A stretch of DNA of 64,000 nt from Octopus sinensis (GCF_006345805.1 NC_042997.1:111910001-111974000), one strand, 5' to 3'. Positions 35,955 to 50,544 are shown, counted from the first letter of the stretch. Made by a program: numbers and translations. The notes: generated by a model not told the origin, from the letters alone.

Positions 35955-36032
35955 GCGGTACATATGTTTCGGGCCTTTATTAGACAGATTTATAACAATG
36001 CATAATGTATGTCTGTGGCCTTCTTCAGCCGC
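35955..36032 (-). ncRNA. Type-I hammerhead-like motif H6
   Basis: gcgg-CTGAAGA-aggcc...ggccc-GAAA-catatg-TA-ccgc: canonical core, GC stem I, palindromic CATATG. Confidence 0.65.
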
Positions 36033-36610
36033 GCACAACAACTTCCACAAGGACATGTGTTACATCAAAAATTCTTGGTTGGGGATGCAAATCCTCTCAT
36101 TCGCGTACGACATAATGCGGCAGCAGCATAGAATTGAAGCGTCCATCCCGTTCTTCTCTCAATATATATATATATATATATATATAGCCCTTCTTGTCTT
36201 GTTATTCTCCTGGTCCTGTCTTTTACTGTTTATATTTTGTACTGTCGTTACTGTCCTGTTTTTGTTACCATTTTCACCCCTCCGCAAAAAGATCTCAAAA
36301 ATTATTTATTTTGCTTTTCGCGGGAAGGAAAGTTTCTATCGAAGATGCGTATCGCCTTCACCTTCGAAACGCAGAGTAGATGAAACCATAGCGACTGAAG
36401 GAGGGGAATTTTCCTTGTGTTATTTGTCCTGTACTCTATTTCTTCGTTGTTTAAGAAAAATGTCCAGTTCCTTGGTTTTGTGTTTATGTTTTCGTATCTC
36501 ATTGTGTTCGACGTTTTTTGGTGTCCTGTACCCATATTTGTATGTATATATACATGTAGAGGTAGGTACGTACATATATGTATGTATATATGCATATGTT
36601 TTATTTATTA

Positions 36611-36703
<93 letters not shown>

Positions 36704-36721
36704 TATATATATGTATATATA

Positions 36722-36860
36722 TATAATCCGTTCTGTCTGTCTGTCTGTATGTCTTCTAGGATCTCGGGCATCCTCCATCCGATTGCGCTCAAATTTGATA
36801 TGTAGATACCGACGGTATCAGGGCGTGTATAAGTCTTGAAAAAATTACGAAAATCGATTC
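36722..36860 (+). mobile_element. Helitron 5'-subterminal fragment
   Basis: ctgtctgtctgt followed by ccgattgcgctcaaatttgat, a motif class shared with the Helitron copies in this window. Confidence 0.45.
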
Positions 36861-37108
36861 CAGGTGAGAATGCGATCGATAAAGCTGTGGGAACGTGCAT
36901 TTGTACGCACAAGTACATCAGCTGTTGCGATCGATACTACGTGTACGCGAGAAAAATGCACGTGCAATTTGCGCAAAAAAGCCGGCTGGCTTGAAATAAT
37001 GCCACAAAATGGGACGGTCGGACAAGTTGTTTTGAGAAAATTTGGTTTAAATGTTTGACAACTCAGCACCGTCCATTGGACGATTGGGGCGTTTTGCTTG
37101 TGTATATA

Positions 37109-37742
<634 letters not shown>

Positions 37743-37769
37743 TGTATGTATTAATGTGTTTGTTGTTTG

Positions 37770-37985
37770 TGTCTCTGTTTGTTCCCGCACTATCGCTTGA
37801 CAACCGATGTTGGTGTGTTTACGTCCTCGTCACCTAGCGGTTCGGCAAAAAGAGAATATAATAAAATAAATACTAGGCTTACAAAAGAATAAGTCTTGGG
37901 GTCGATTTGTTCGACTAAAGGTGGTGCTCCAGCATGGCCGCAGTTAAACGACTGAAACAAATGAAAGAGTAAAAGAGTAAAAAAG
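37770..37985 (+). mobile_element. SINE family B, 3' half
   Basis: Family B tail. Confidence 0.85.
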
Positions 37986-38282
37986 AGTACACACACACAC
38001 ACACACACGCACGCGCACGAAACACACGGTACAGAGGGAAATTGGAATAAAGGGGAAAGTTTCCTGTGTATTCCATTTTCCGTCTCTATCGTTTGTTTTA
38101 TACTCAACGTACACTGATAAATTCTTGAGGTAGATCCAGAGACAACTGTATAATTACATAATTACAGTGGATGACACCAGTTAGCCATAAACAGTGAACG
38201 TGCTTTATCGGCGTACTACTTTAATATCTATATACCCAACACTTGAATATATATATTCGTACCGAGGGTATGCCCTTGTTTT

Positions 38283-38682
38283 GGAACTTTTCACTTTGAC
38301 CGGCAGATTTAAAAATAATTTCTTTGTAACTAAACAGTTTTAAACTTCGTATACTGGTAGAATGTGTCACATAAAACACTTTTTCTCTTGGCGGTCTTGA
38401 GAAAATTCTGTAAACAGTGACAAACGAAATATACACCGCCGGAACTTCTTGTTGACAAACAGCTGCAGTAATTGTATTCACCTCAAGAGACGCCATTGAT
38501 TGGTTGAAATTGCCGAAATACAAGAAATTTAACAACAAATACCTTACAAACTACAGAATTTTCTCAATAAAGCCAAGAGAAAAAGATGTTTTATGTGACA
38601 CATTCTACCAGCATACGAAGTTTAAAAGTGTTTAGTTACAAAGAAATTATTTTAAAAATCTGCTGGTCAAAGTGAAAAATCC
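38283..38682. mobile_element. MITE with about 125-bp TIRs
   Basis: 38288-38412 is approximately the reverse complement of 38552-38679. Confidence 0.8.
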
Positions 38683-38794
38683 TTTCTTTTATTTAAAAAC
38701 AACGGCCATTCAACACGCATAGAGTTGGGTTTATTTTTAACTGCTCTTCTCCCCCTTCTCTATATCGTCATACACACACACACGCACACACGCA

Positions 38795-38908
<114 letters not shown>

Positions 38909-40261
38909 TTGCCGCTACCGGCCCAGCGACAAATTGGAAGCGTATTTAACTATGAACGAAGAAGCATGACGTCTCTCTATTTTACTATTTTAAAATACTG
39001 TAGACCTTGAATTACGAATCGATGTGTATAAACGGAGGTAAATCTATCTTAAAGTTATGCATATTATTTCATAAAATATGGAGTATATTATTGAAGATCG
39101 TAGTGTCTACTTCTTTAAATTAACTTAATTTTTTAAAATTTGATTTATTTAGTTAGTACATTGAACGTGAAACTAGTTTTGTATTAACCACGCTGACCTT
39201 AAAATAGGCTTCAGTTATCTCGCTCGCCTTACGTCATTTTCGTACCAAGGATAAGCCTTGTTTTATTTAAAAACTACGGCCATTTGACACGCATGGAGTT
39301 GGGTTTTTTAACTGCTCTTCAACCCCTCTCTATATCTTTATATATCAATGGAACAAAAACGCAATAGAGGACAATAAAACATCCAGTCAGATAGAGGATA
39401 CAAAGGCGCACAGGAAAAGCAACAAATAGAGGGACGGGGAAAAAATAAAGACGGATCATTCGTGGCCTTCTCTCCTCTATCAAGTTTCCAGATTGTCCTT
39501 ACAGTTTTAGGCAGTTACACATGAGACTGTTCAAATATGGTTGTCCCCACAAAAGTCTAATCTAAGAGCATTAGATTTTTTGTGAGAAAGCAAGCGAATG
39601 TATACGACAACAAAGATAAAAAAAACGGAGAACATGTTACACAATTACAAATACAAACAACAAAAAATAACAACAGGTGTATTTCGACCGAGGACGAATC
39701 AAATTGAGCTGGCGTGTATAGAGTGAAAGCCTTGAGGCAGGAACATAGGAGATGGATATAAGAGGTGTTGGCGGTTGGCAGTCAAGCCAAAACAGAAAGA
39801 TCATGCCTGGCCGAGCACCGGTCACGTGGAAGGAGAAGAGAGCAGTAGGGGGCAGAGGGATTTAAGGATTAGGGGAAGAACGAGAAAGAGAGAAAATCAA
39901 AGGGACAAAGAGAAAGGTACAAGGGAGATAAATGAGGAGGAAAATTAAGAATCAAAGAAAGAGAGGGCCTAGAAATGTGAGAAAGCGGGAGCGAGAAAAA
40001 GAAAAGAGGAAAGAAGGAAGAAAGTATGAGGGGAGCTAAAAGAGAGTAAAAAGAATCGTATAAAATTTAGATACAAAACAAGGTGAGCAAAAGTGTACGT
40101 ACGCCACTATATATATATATCACTGAGATGCAGCACGAAGTTTTGTCAGTGAAGAGGTCGCGGTTTCAAATCGACGAAAATATTTTGACATAAATGTTGA
40201 AATGAATCTAAAGTACTGTTGCTGAACATCTCTTGGTTGAGATTTAAAAATAGTAATTTTC

Positions 40262-40586
40262 TAATAATTATTTATCAATTATAAAATAGGACATCATCTC
40301 TGACAGCTGTTTCGATTCAAGACTTTTAGAAATTAATTAGTAAAATTAAAAACATTTTATAGCTGAATCTCATCGAAGATGGCTAAAGATATATTATTAG
40401 ATTCAACAGTTTGGAGCCTTACACTCGACACACTGGAATATGAAAATCTAATGGTATACCTTTAGCCACCTTCGAGGAGACTCAGCTTTAAAATGTTTTT
40501 AATTATACTCATTAATTTCTAAAAGTCTTGAATCGAAGCAGCTGTCAGAGATGATGCCCTATTTTATAACTGATGAATAATTATTA
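40262..40586. repeat. Inverted pair with about 140-bp arms, each carrying a degenerate hammerhead-like motif (H5)
   Basis: Left arm on minus strand (40295-40381): catct-TCGATGA-gattca...tgaatc-GAAA-cagctg-TC-agagatg; right arm on plus strand (40467-40553) is more decayed. Confidence 0.75.
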
Positions 40587-40611
40587 ATTTAATTATCTAT
40601 TTTCTTATTTT

Positions 40612-40679
<68 letters not shown>

Positions 40680-41236
40680 GTGTGTGTGTGTGTGGTGTGT
40701 GTGTGTGTGTGTGTTTGTATGTCTGTGTTTGTCCCTTTCCCACCATCGCTTGACAACCGATGTTGATGCGTTTATGTCCCCGTAACTCAGCGGTTTGGCA
40801 AAAAAGACCGATTGAATAAGTACTAGGCTTACAAAGAAGTCCTGAGGGTAGATTTGTTCAACTAATGGCGATTCTCCAGTAAGGCTGAAACAAGTAAAAG
40901 AAAAGAATAAAGAATATATAAGGCGAGCTGGTAGAATCATCTTTACGTTCTGAGTTCTGAGTCGATAAAATAAGTACTAGTTGAGTACCGGGGGTGGATA
41001 TAATCGCCTTACCCACTTCCCCGAAATTGCTGGCCTTGTGCCAAAATTTGGAGCCACACACATCGCCACACACATACAACACACACCACATACACTCACA
41101 CACACACACTACACACACACAACACACACCACACACACTACACACACACAACACACACCACACCCACCACATAACTCACGCACACACTACACATACACAC
41201 ACACACCACGCCACACATACATACACACGCACACAG

Positions 41237-41274
<38 letters not shown>

Positions 41275-41533
41275 CACACACAACATACCACACACACGCA
41301 CACACACACCACACACACACACACACGCACACATAAGGTTTCGTTTCCAGGACTTTACAAGCTTCTGCATTTTGTATGGCAAATTCACGAGAATATTCAT
41401 CATTTGTTGGATAAATGTACGAGGGAAATAAAATATTACAAATCAGCGAAGTTGTTATAATATAATTCCTTATTCTAATGGAATAGACATACAGATGGGC
41501 AAACAGATAGCTAGATAAACGGACATAGAGATG

Positions 41534-41576
<43 letters not shown>

Positions 41577-41584
41577 GGACAGAC

Positions 41585-41621
<37 letters not shown>

Positions 41622-41661
41622 TAGATAGATAGATAGATAAATAAATTTGGATATATATATA

Positions 41662-41726
<65 letters not shown>

Positions 41727-41785
41727 AAGAGAGAGAGAGCTATAGGCAGACAGACAGGCAGACAGGCAGACAGATAGATAGATAG

Positions 41786-41836
<51 letters not shown>

Positions 41837-42250
41837 TTTTCGTGTCTGATCTGCCTTCTGTATCGCTGCCAAACAATCTCCCCACCGTTCCCGCTATATA
41901 TAATGACGTCGATGTACGTCAGATCGTCTCGGTATTCAACCCTTAAGTTTCTACATGGCTGCTTAAGCTGCTTGAAATAGCAGTCAAATCCCCTTAAACC
42001 ACATTCTTCTGTTTCTCGAAATGACGGATGTATTAACCAATGTAACTTCTGACGAACAAAAAGGAGAAACTGGAATGCCCTTTACTGTGGTCCTATTTGA
42101 TTAGGGCTTGTCTGGGGTCAAAATAACAAAATTTGTTTGAACCAATAACGAAGACCTTTGCTCAATGGTTTGACGTGCCTGAAATAGCTGAATTGCTTTC
42201 AAGTCGCATCTATTGTCTTAAATTATGGAAGAACACATTATAAAATGTGG

Positions 42251-42299
<49 letters not shown>

Positions 42300-43005
42300 G
42301 TGTGTGTGTGTGTATATCTGTGGATATTCTCGTGAATTTACCATACAAAGTGCAGAAGCTTGTAAAATCAAGGGAACGAAATCTTATGTGCGCATGTGTG
42401 CATGTGTGTGTGAGTGTGAGTGCGCGCGCGCACGTGCATGTGTACGTGAGTGTGTGTGTGTGGTGTGTGTGTGTGTGTGTGTTTGTATGTCTGTGTTTGT
42501 CCCTTTCCCACCATCGCTTGACAACCGATGTTGATGCGTTTATGTCCCCGTAACTCAGCGGTTTGGCAAAAAAGACCGATTGAATAAGTACTAGGCTTAC
42601 AAAGAAGTCCTGAGGGTAGATTTGTTCAACTAATGGCGATTCTCCAGTAAGGCTGAAACAAGTAAAAGAAAAGAATAAAGAATATATAAGGCGAGCTGGT
42701 AGAATCATCTTTACGTTCTGAGTTCTGAGTCGATAAAATAAGTACTAGTTGAGTACCGGGGGTGGATATAATCGCCTTACCCACTTCCCCGAAATTGCTG
42801 GCCTTGTGCCAAAATTTGGAGCCACACACATCGCCACACACATACAACACACACCACATACACTCACACACACACACTACACACACACAACACACACACA
42901 CACACACACACTACACACACACACACACCACACACACACACACAACACACACCACACACACACACACACACACACCACGCCACACATACATACACACGCA
43001 CACAG

Positions 43006-43041
<36 letters not shown>

Positions 43042-43300
43042 CACACACAACATACCACACACACGCACACACACACCACACACACACACACACGCACACA
43101 TAAGGTTTCGTTTCCAGGACTTTACAAGCTTCTGCATTTTGTATGGCAAATTCACGAGAATATTCATCATTTGTTGGATAAATGTACGAGGGAAATAAAA
43201 TATTACAAATCAGCGAAGTTGTTATAATATAATTCCTTATTCTAATGGAATAGACATACAGATGGGCAAACAGATAGCTAGATAAACGGACATAGAGATG

Positions 43301-43347
<47 letters not shown>

Positions 43348-43355
43348 GGACAGAC

Positions 43356-43413
<58 letters not shown>

Positions 43414-43421
43414 ATAAATTT

Positions 43422-43489
<68 letters not shown>

Positions 43490-43544
43490 TATATATATAA
43501 AGAGAGAGAGAGCTATAGGCAGACAGACAGGCAGACAGGCAGAC

Positions 43545-43606
<62 letters not shown>

Positions 43607-44020
43607 TTTTCGTGTCTGATCTGCCTTCTGTATCGCTGCCAAACAATCTCCCCACCGTTCCCGCTATATATAATGACGTCGATGTACGTCAGATCGTCTC
43701 GGTATTCAACCCTTAAGTTTCTACATGGCTGCTTAAGCTGCTTGAAATAGCAGTCAAATCCCCTTAAACCACATTCTTCTGTTTCTCGAAATGACGGATG
43801 TATTAACCAATGTAACTTCTGACGAACAAAAAGGAGAAACTGGAATGCCCTTTACTGTGGTCCTATTTGATTAGGGCTTGTCTGGGGTCAAAATAACAAA
43901 ATTTGTTTGAACCAATAACGAAGACCTTTGCTCAATGGTTTGACGTGCCTGAAATAGCTGAATTGCTTTCAAGTCGCATCTATTGTCTTAAATTATGGAA
44001 GAACACATTATAAAATGTGG

Positions 44021-44078
<58 letters not shown>

Positions 44079-44224
44079 CTGTGGATATTCTCGTGAATTT
44101 ACCATACAAAGTGCAGAAGCTTGTAAAATCAAGGGAACGAAATCTTATGTGCGCATGTGTGCATGTGTGTGTGAGTGTGAGTGCGCGCGCGCACGTGCAT
44201 GTGTACGTGAGTGTGTGTGTGTGG
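40680..44224. repeat. Tandem duplication, two copies of about 1.77 kb
   Basis: Anchors recur at 40713/42481 (+1768) and 42241/44011 (+1770); the differences I can see are in microsatellite tracts; junctions at (TG)n-gg-tg. Confidence 0.92.
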
Positions 44225-44544
44225 TGATTGCCCCATTTTCACAGATGATTGCCATCTCCTTGTGTTCCCTCGTTGTCAATAGCTTTTCTGACTTTCCGAC
44301 CATGACACCCTCCGATGACAATTCAATCTCGCTGCAGATTTGTATAGTCTGGCACACAGATGAAAAACGAAGGTTGGAACTTTCTCGATTGATCGGATCA
44401 CTGCGACATAAGGAGTTCTTTGATAAGTTTAAAAGGTTTTCCATCTGAAGTCGAACCTTCTCATGCTCATCGCCATTCTGTCATCGCCATAGAAATTTGA
44501 GAAGCTAGAAAGGTGCAAGTTGTGTAAGAAGTTTGTTTTCCAAC

Positions 44545-45440
44545 CGTATGCTTCCGAGTTCAGTCCTGCTGAACTCATGGCACTTTGGGCAAGTTTTTTC
44601 TCCTATATACTCGGCCCGATCAATACCCTCTGAGTGGATTCAGGCGACGAAAACTGAAAGAAGCCCGACGTATATGACGTTATGCCTCCATTCATCTTCC
44701 TACACAATCTCAGATCAACATGGAGGCCTACATCAGCTGCCTGGAGGAGGTAGTGCTGTCTTGGGTCAAGAGGGTGACTGCTGGAAGACCCTGTGTCTGG
44801 CAACACCATGCCACACAAGCAGGAGAACCCAGTCATGGCTGTCAGACAATTTTTGCGACCACATCAACCCTAACATCTGGCCACCTAACTCCCCAGACTG
44901 CAACCCCCTTGATTATTATGTGTAGGGTGCAGTTGAGTGAGAGACCAACAAAACTCCTTGAAACACCAAAGATGAACTGAAGTAAAGAATTATGGCAGCA
45001 TTCACCAACTTAAACAAGGAGACCGTCCAAAAGAGTTGCAGGAAATTCCGAAGTCGTCTGGAGGCCGTGGTTAAACCAATGGCGATTTTATTGAAAATAT
45101 TTACTCTAGTATTTCAAGATATTTTTTATGTAATTTTCGTAAATATATCTGTTAAAATGAGATGTCTGTGTTATTTTCATTTTTGCGTAATTTAGACGAC
45201 AGTTTATTCACTGCACTCTGTATATCTGTGTCTTTGTGTCTATGTTTGTTCCCCAACCGGTGATGGTATGTTTACGTGCTTGTAACTTAGTGGTTCGACA
45301 AAAGTGAACAATAGAATAAGTACCAGGTTGTTTCAAAATTCAGTACTGGGGGTCGATTCATTCGACTAAAAATCTTTCAAGACGGTGCTATAGCAAGACC
45401 GCAGTCAAATGACTGAAACAAGTAAAAGATAAAAGATATA
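44545..45440 (+). mobile_element. SINE family B split by a Tc1/mariner fragment
   Basis: 5' part at 44545-44675, 3' part at 45223-45440. Confidence 0.75.
44680..45220 (+). mobile_element. Tc1/mariner (maT-like) transposase 3' half with right TIR
   Basis: HTSRRTQSWLSDNF...IWPPNSPDCNPLDYYV...RSRLEAVV; ends ttcactgcactctg|TA. Confidence 0.8.
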
Positions 45441-45567
45441 GATGGAATGATAAAGAGACTTTTGTGACGTCATTGGATGACAGTTATAACCACTGGTACA
45501 GCACTCCGAGCCTCTGGGATTTGTAACTAGAAACAGGCCGAAGCGAAACGACTAGAAATAAGGAGAA

Positions 45568-45800
45568 AAGGCGGCGAGCTGGCAGAATCGTTAGCACGCC
45601 GGGCGAAATGCTTAGCGGTATTTCGTCTGCTGTTACGTTCTGAGTTCAAATTCCGCCGAGGTCGACTTTGCCTTTCATCCTTTAGGGGTCGATAAATTAA
45701 GTACCAGTTATGCACTGGGGTCGATGTATTCGACTTAATCCCTTTGTCTGTCCTTGTTTGTCCTCTCTATGTTTAGCTCCTTGTGGGCAATAAAGAAATA
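45568..45800 (+). mobile_element. SINE family A, full length, Tx1-like tail
   Basis: aaggcggcgagctggcagaatcg, B box gagttcaaattcc, tail ...ttgtgggcaataaagaaata. Confidence 0.9.
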
Positions 45801-46082
45801 AATAATGAGAAGTCGCAGCTTTTACATCTGAGAGTTCTTCTCCCAAAGCAGATGCTGTGACAGATGCCGTGACAGATGCTGGTTTTACAGCTATTGCATG
45901 GCCGTTGATTAAACAGATTTTATCCGAAGTTTGACAAGTCTTGTTCTGCAGATTGTCCAACAAAATCCCTTCTCCTTGCCGAGCAGGGTTGGTAGGGTTA
46001 CCTGTTTAGTCGACAACTGCCTGACCACGCGACAGGTTGTATTGGTTACATGTCACCCAGTAGCATTATTGTATGTGTGTGT

Positions 46083-46487
46083 GTGTGGTAAGAAGTTTGC
46101 TTCCCAACCACATGGCTCCGGGTTCAGTTCCACAACATGACACCTTGGACAAGTATCTTCTACTCTCGCTTCCGGCCGACCAAAGCCTTGTGAGTGGATT
46201 TGGTCGACGGAAACTGAAAGAAACCCGTCGTATATATATGTATGTATGTGTGTATGTGTATTTTTGTTTTTCTATTTGCCCCCCCCCCCTCACCACTTGA
46301 GGACCACTGTTGGTGCGTTTTCGTCCCTGTAACTTAGTGGCTCGATAGAAAAGACCAATAGAATAAGTACAAGGCTTAAAAAAATAAGTCCTGGGGTTGA
46401 TTTGTTTGACTAAACCCCTTTAAGGCGGTGCTCCAGCATGGCTGCAATTAAATGACTTAAACTAGTAAAAGAATAAAAGAATAAAAG
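46083..46487 (+). mobile_element. SINE family B
   Basis: Head, body and tail present. Confidence 0.88.
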
Positions 46488-46610
46488 GATATCTATTAAT
46501 GCTTGTTTTCGTGTTATGATAAAACCAGTTTTACATTAAATCGACGTATTATTCAATACATTTGAAAGAGCACAAATTTACAGTCCGATTATGCCTTAAC
46601 TGGCTTAAGT

Positions 46611-46988
46611 GAAGGCGCAGTGGCCCAGTGGTTAGGGCAGCGGTCTCGAGGTCGTAGGATTGCAGTTTCGATTCCCAGACCGGGTGTTGTGAGTGTTTAT
46701 TGAGCGAAAACACCTAAAGCTCCACGAGTTTCGGCAGGGGGTGTGGCAAACCCTGCTGTACTCTTTCACCACAACTTTCTCTCACTCTTTCTTCCTGTTT
46801 CTGCTGTACCTGTATTTCAAAGGAGCCAGCCTTGCCACACTCTGTGTCACGTTGAATCTCCCCGAGAACTACGTTAAGGGTACACGTGTCTGTGGAGTAC
46901 TCAGCCACTTGCACGTTAATTTCACGAGCAAGCTGTTCCGTTGATCAGATCAACTGGAACCCTCGTCGTCGTAATCGACGGTATGCCA
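46611..46988 (+). mobile_element. SINE family D head with gacgg-tgcca tail
   Basis: Head matches 32576-32870; tail matches 25928-26248. Confidence 0.88.
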
Positions 46989-47089
46989 CGCAACTGGCCT
47001 AAACTTTGAAGTCACAGTCAATACTATTCTTGGTAAAGTATAACACGCACACACACACAAACACACACACAAACACACACACACACACG

Positions 47090-47126
<37 letters not shown>

Positions 47127-47366
47127 CTGGTTCTAAAGACAAGGCCTAGTCTTTAAAATATGGTCCCAGCTATGCTAATGATGTGTTTTCACCAAAAGAG
47201 ATCCTCGGTAATAATGAGGCCCAGCATTTAAGAAGACCCTTGAGACTGTAACCGAGGAGCGTTGGTGGCTTGTGGGAGGCGCGGAGCGGTGGTGTTTCGG
47301 ACATGGAAACAGCACTGCATAGTGGGTAGAAGGTTGGTATTCGTTGAGGGTCTGAGGTATTTCCTG

Positions 47367-47425
47367 GCTGTGCTGTGCTGTGCTGTGCTGTGCTGTGCTG
47401 TGCTGTGCTGTGCTGTGCTGTGCTG

Positions 47426-47469
<44 letters not shown>

Positions 47470-47730
47470 GAGGAGGAGAAGAAAAGATGGAGGAGGAGAG
47501 AAGGGGAGGGGGGAGAAGAAGAAAAAGGAGGAATAGGAGGGGGAGAGGGAGAAGAAGATAAAGGAGGAAGAGGAGAAGGAGAAGAATAAGAAGGAGGAGG
47601 AGGAGAGATGGAGGAAGAGGGGAAGAAGAAGAAGGAGGAGGAGGAGGAGAAGGAGAAGAAGAAGAGGAAGAAGAAGAGGAAGAAGGAGAAGGAAGGAAGG
47701 AAGGAAGGAAGGAAGGAAAGAAAGGAGGGA
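47367..47730. repeat. (GCTGT)12, (GAT)n and GA-rich tract
   Basis: Direct observation. Confidence 0.95.
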
Positions 47731-48009
47731 GGAGGTCAGCCTTTTTATGCAGTGTTTGTTATACTTGAGGATGACTGTTGGCCAGAAGGGGTCATCAGTG
47801 ATGTCGTATGGTTAATTTAATTTGGCAGAAATTTCCCATTTTTTCAAGAAAGAGTTCCCCACGATAAGTCAGACATCTTGTTCTTCCGATTAACTAACTT
47901 GATAACTCATTTTTTGTGAAATTTTGTATATTTTTGTAAGTAAATTTCTCAACGGTTTCCGGTCTTATTGAACAAGTTCTAAAATAAGCACAATGACAAT
48001 GATGGCGCT

Positions 48010-48363
48010 TTCAGGACAGACAAATTGCTTCAAGGACACACTCAAAGCCCTACTGAAGAGCTATGAGATCAACCGCGATATAGGAGAGACGCAAGCGCAA
48101 GACCGCCCTGCCTAGCATAGCTGCACCAACAAAGGTGTTACCCCCTACGAATATAACAGGGTTTCAAGGCCACAAAGAAAGCATGAACTACGGAAATCCA
48201 GAGCCGACTGCTTGTCTTCTGTCCCAACACACCACCTCTGCGTCACCCAACTTGCGACAAGGACATCTGAACTCGCACCGGACTGATTAGCCACTTCCAG
48301 AACACACCGTGCGCTGTCTTCTGCCATGTGATATCATTGGTCATTGTCGACTACGACGGGAGA

Positions 48364-48397
<34 letters not shown>

Positions 48398-48400
48398 TAC
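48010..48400 (+). mobile_element. RTE/BovB-like LINE 3' end
   Basis: FKDTLKALLKSYEINRD...QDRPA...TGLISH; tail gtcattgtcgactacgacgggaga followed by (ACT)n. Confidence 0.8.
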
Positions 48401-48588
48401 TACTACATTGTTATTCCAAAAAGTTGGAACTGTTTGTGATGTAACTCTTTGGAATAACAATGTTTGCGGCTGAAGAGAGCTTTAAACCATCTTTTATATC
48501 AATTATACACTGATGTAAGAACAGGTTGTTTATAAAGCTTGAAACTCGTTTACAGCGATATCATTTGTGTTCTGTTTTTGATTTTATT

Positions 48589-48654
<66 letters not shown>

Positions 48655-48689
48655 AATGATAAGAAGAAGAAGAAGAAGACAAAGAAAAT

Positions 48690-49082
48690 TCTTTAATACA
48701 TCGTTAATGATTCGTTACAATTGTTTCTGTAGCAACTCTATTTGCAACGCCAGTTTACGCAAGGTGGAATTTTGCGTAATGTTTACGATTTTAGACATTA
48801 GAAAGACACTTCATAAGACTTGCATCAAAGGTGTGCCATCACATTGTAGATCTTTCAGACCTTGTTTTTTCTTTCTTTTTAGCCATAGACCCATGATCAT
48901 TTTCAAAAACTTTTCGTCTGCCTCGACACAATCAAGTCAGCCATAAATACTGGAAAGGAGCAAGAACATTGTAACTTAGTGTGGAAACGCGACATGTTTC
49001 AAGGTCAATCTGTACCAAGCGGCTTCACTCGGCTATAGCTCCGTCACTATAGCAACAGTCCTGATACTTTTTGACCAGACCT

Positions 49083-49085
<3 letters not shown>
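48690..49085 (-). mobile_element. Mariner-like 5' end fragment
   Basis: Begins ta-caaggtctggtcaaaaagtatcaggact at (TA)n, a mariner-type TIR. Confidence 0.45.
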
Positions 49086-49126
<41 letters not shown>

Positions 49127-49127
<1 letters not shown>

Positions 49128-50150
49128 TAGCAGAGATACCCGGCGTTGCCGGTTACATTCAATTGAAGAATTAAACTTTTCTGTTATATTTTCTGAATGA
49201 ACTGGAATATCTATGTTTCGAATTTCATCAAAATTGCAGATGAGGGTTATTTCCCTCTTTACACACCCTAAAAAAATTATAATCGTGCCACATGGAAACC
49301 AAAAGACGAATGATCACTATAAGCAGTCAGTTACCCTACCCTAGTCGTTACCACTCCCAATGTAGGATTCCTCACCATCCAGGTGACAGGCACAGCCGTA
49401 AGATGCATTACGAATCTATAGCAATTGGAAGGGCGTGACCCAACTAAAATCAACATTAACAACTGTGTGACGTGAGGGCTTAGGAGAAATTAAAGTGTCA
49501 CCTCTGGAGTTTGCAAATGACCATTATACTGATACGTAACTGGACTGAATCAGTTTAAAATCTATAAATGTCACTCATCTGGGAAGGCCTTGTAAACAAT
49601 GTTGCCATCTGGGGACTATGTGTGACCGAGTGATAATAAAAAGACTGAAAGGAGGTCTGCAATCAAATAACTTTACTCAACACTTTGCAACTGAATCAGT
49701 GGAGACAAAGATGCCTCTCATTTACTTAACAATTTATGCACCACATTGCAGAAATCACAATGTAAGTGTATGTCAAAGCAAACTGTTACACTGTTGTACC
49801 ATTGAATTAGAAATAATGCCCAACTTTTATGCTCGGGTAACCCTACAGCTTCCAAGAGTACAACTGTATTCGTTTTTACTTAGATAAAATGACAAAATTG
49901 TGGGTGTTAAGTCCCCATGGAGGGGTCTTTCTAACTTTGTAAGAAGATGAAATTTTATAAATATTACTTCATTTGTGTCTAATATCTATGGTTAAAATTT
50001 CATCAACAGCAAAAATATATGAATTGTCATGGGGGTTATGGCCCTTATGCTTAGAATATAATTTCCAAATTTCATAAAAATCTATTCAGTACTTTTGACC
50101 TAGTTTTGGATCATAAAAGAAATGACTAAAATTTGGGAGTTAAGGCTCCC
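49127..50150 (-). mobile_element. Helitron-related element (3' end at 49127; 5' limit uncertain)
   Basis: Reverse complement ends ccggcaacgccgggtatctctgCTAG|T, closely matching the end at 21294-21321; aaatttcat(c/a)aaaat motifs internally. Confidence 0.6.
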
Positions 50151-50160
50151 ATTAGGGTGT

Positions 50161-50266
<106 letters not shown>

Positions 50267-50329
50267 TATATACACACACAACGATAAATGATAGATACAA
50301 CTGAGTGGGCAAACAAAAATATGAGACAC

Positions 50330-50544
50330 AGCCTAGTGCTTTTGTATGTTGATAAGCCTAGTACTTATTCTATTAGTTTGTTCTTGTGAAACCAGTAAGT
50401 TTTGTGGATCTAAATAAATGAACAGTAATTGTGAAGCAGTGATGAGGGCGAAACACAGACACAAAGACACACACATACACTTACATATATGCATATATAT
50501 ACGATTGATTTGTTTCAGTTCCTGTCTACGAAATCCATATATAT
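50330..50544 (-). mobile_element. Diverged SINE family B, target of the RTE insertion
   Basis: cctagtacttattctat and gtttcagttcctgtctacgaaatcc match family B. Confidence 0.65.

Noticed and set aside
35881-36726. 281-aa ORF
   Set aside because: Crosses a SINE end, TA tracts and family F sequence; no coherent protein.
44225-44530. 99-aa minus-strand ORF as a transposon protein
   Set aside because: No diagnostic motif found; it runs into the duplication breakpoint and (CA)n.
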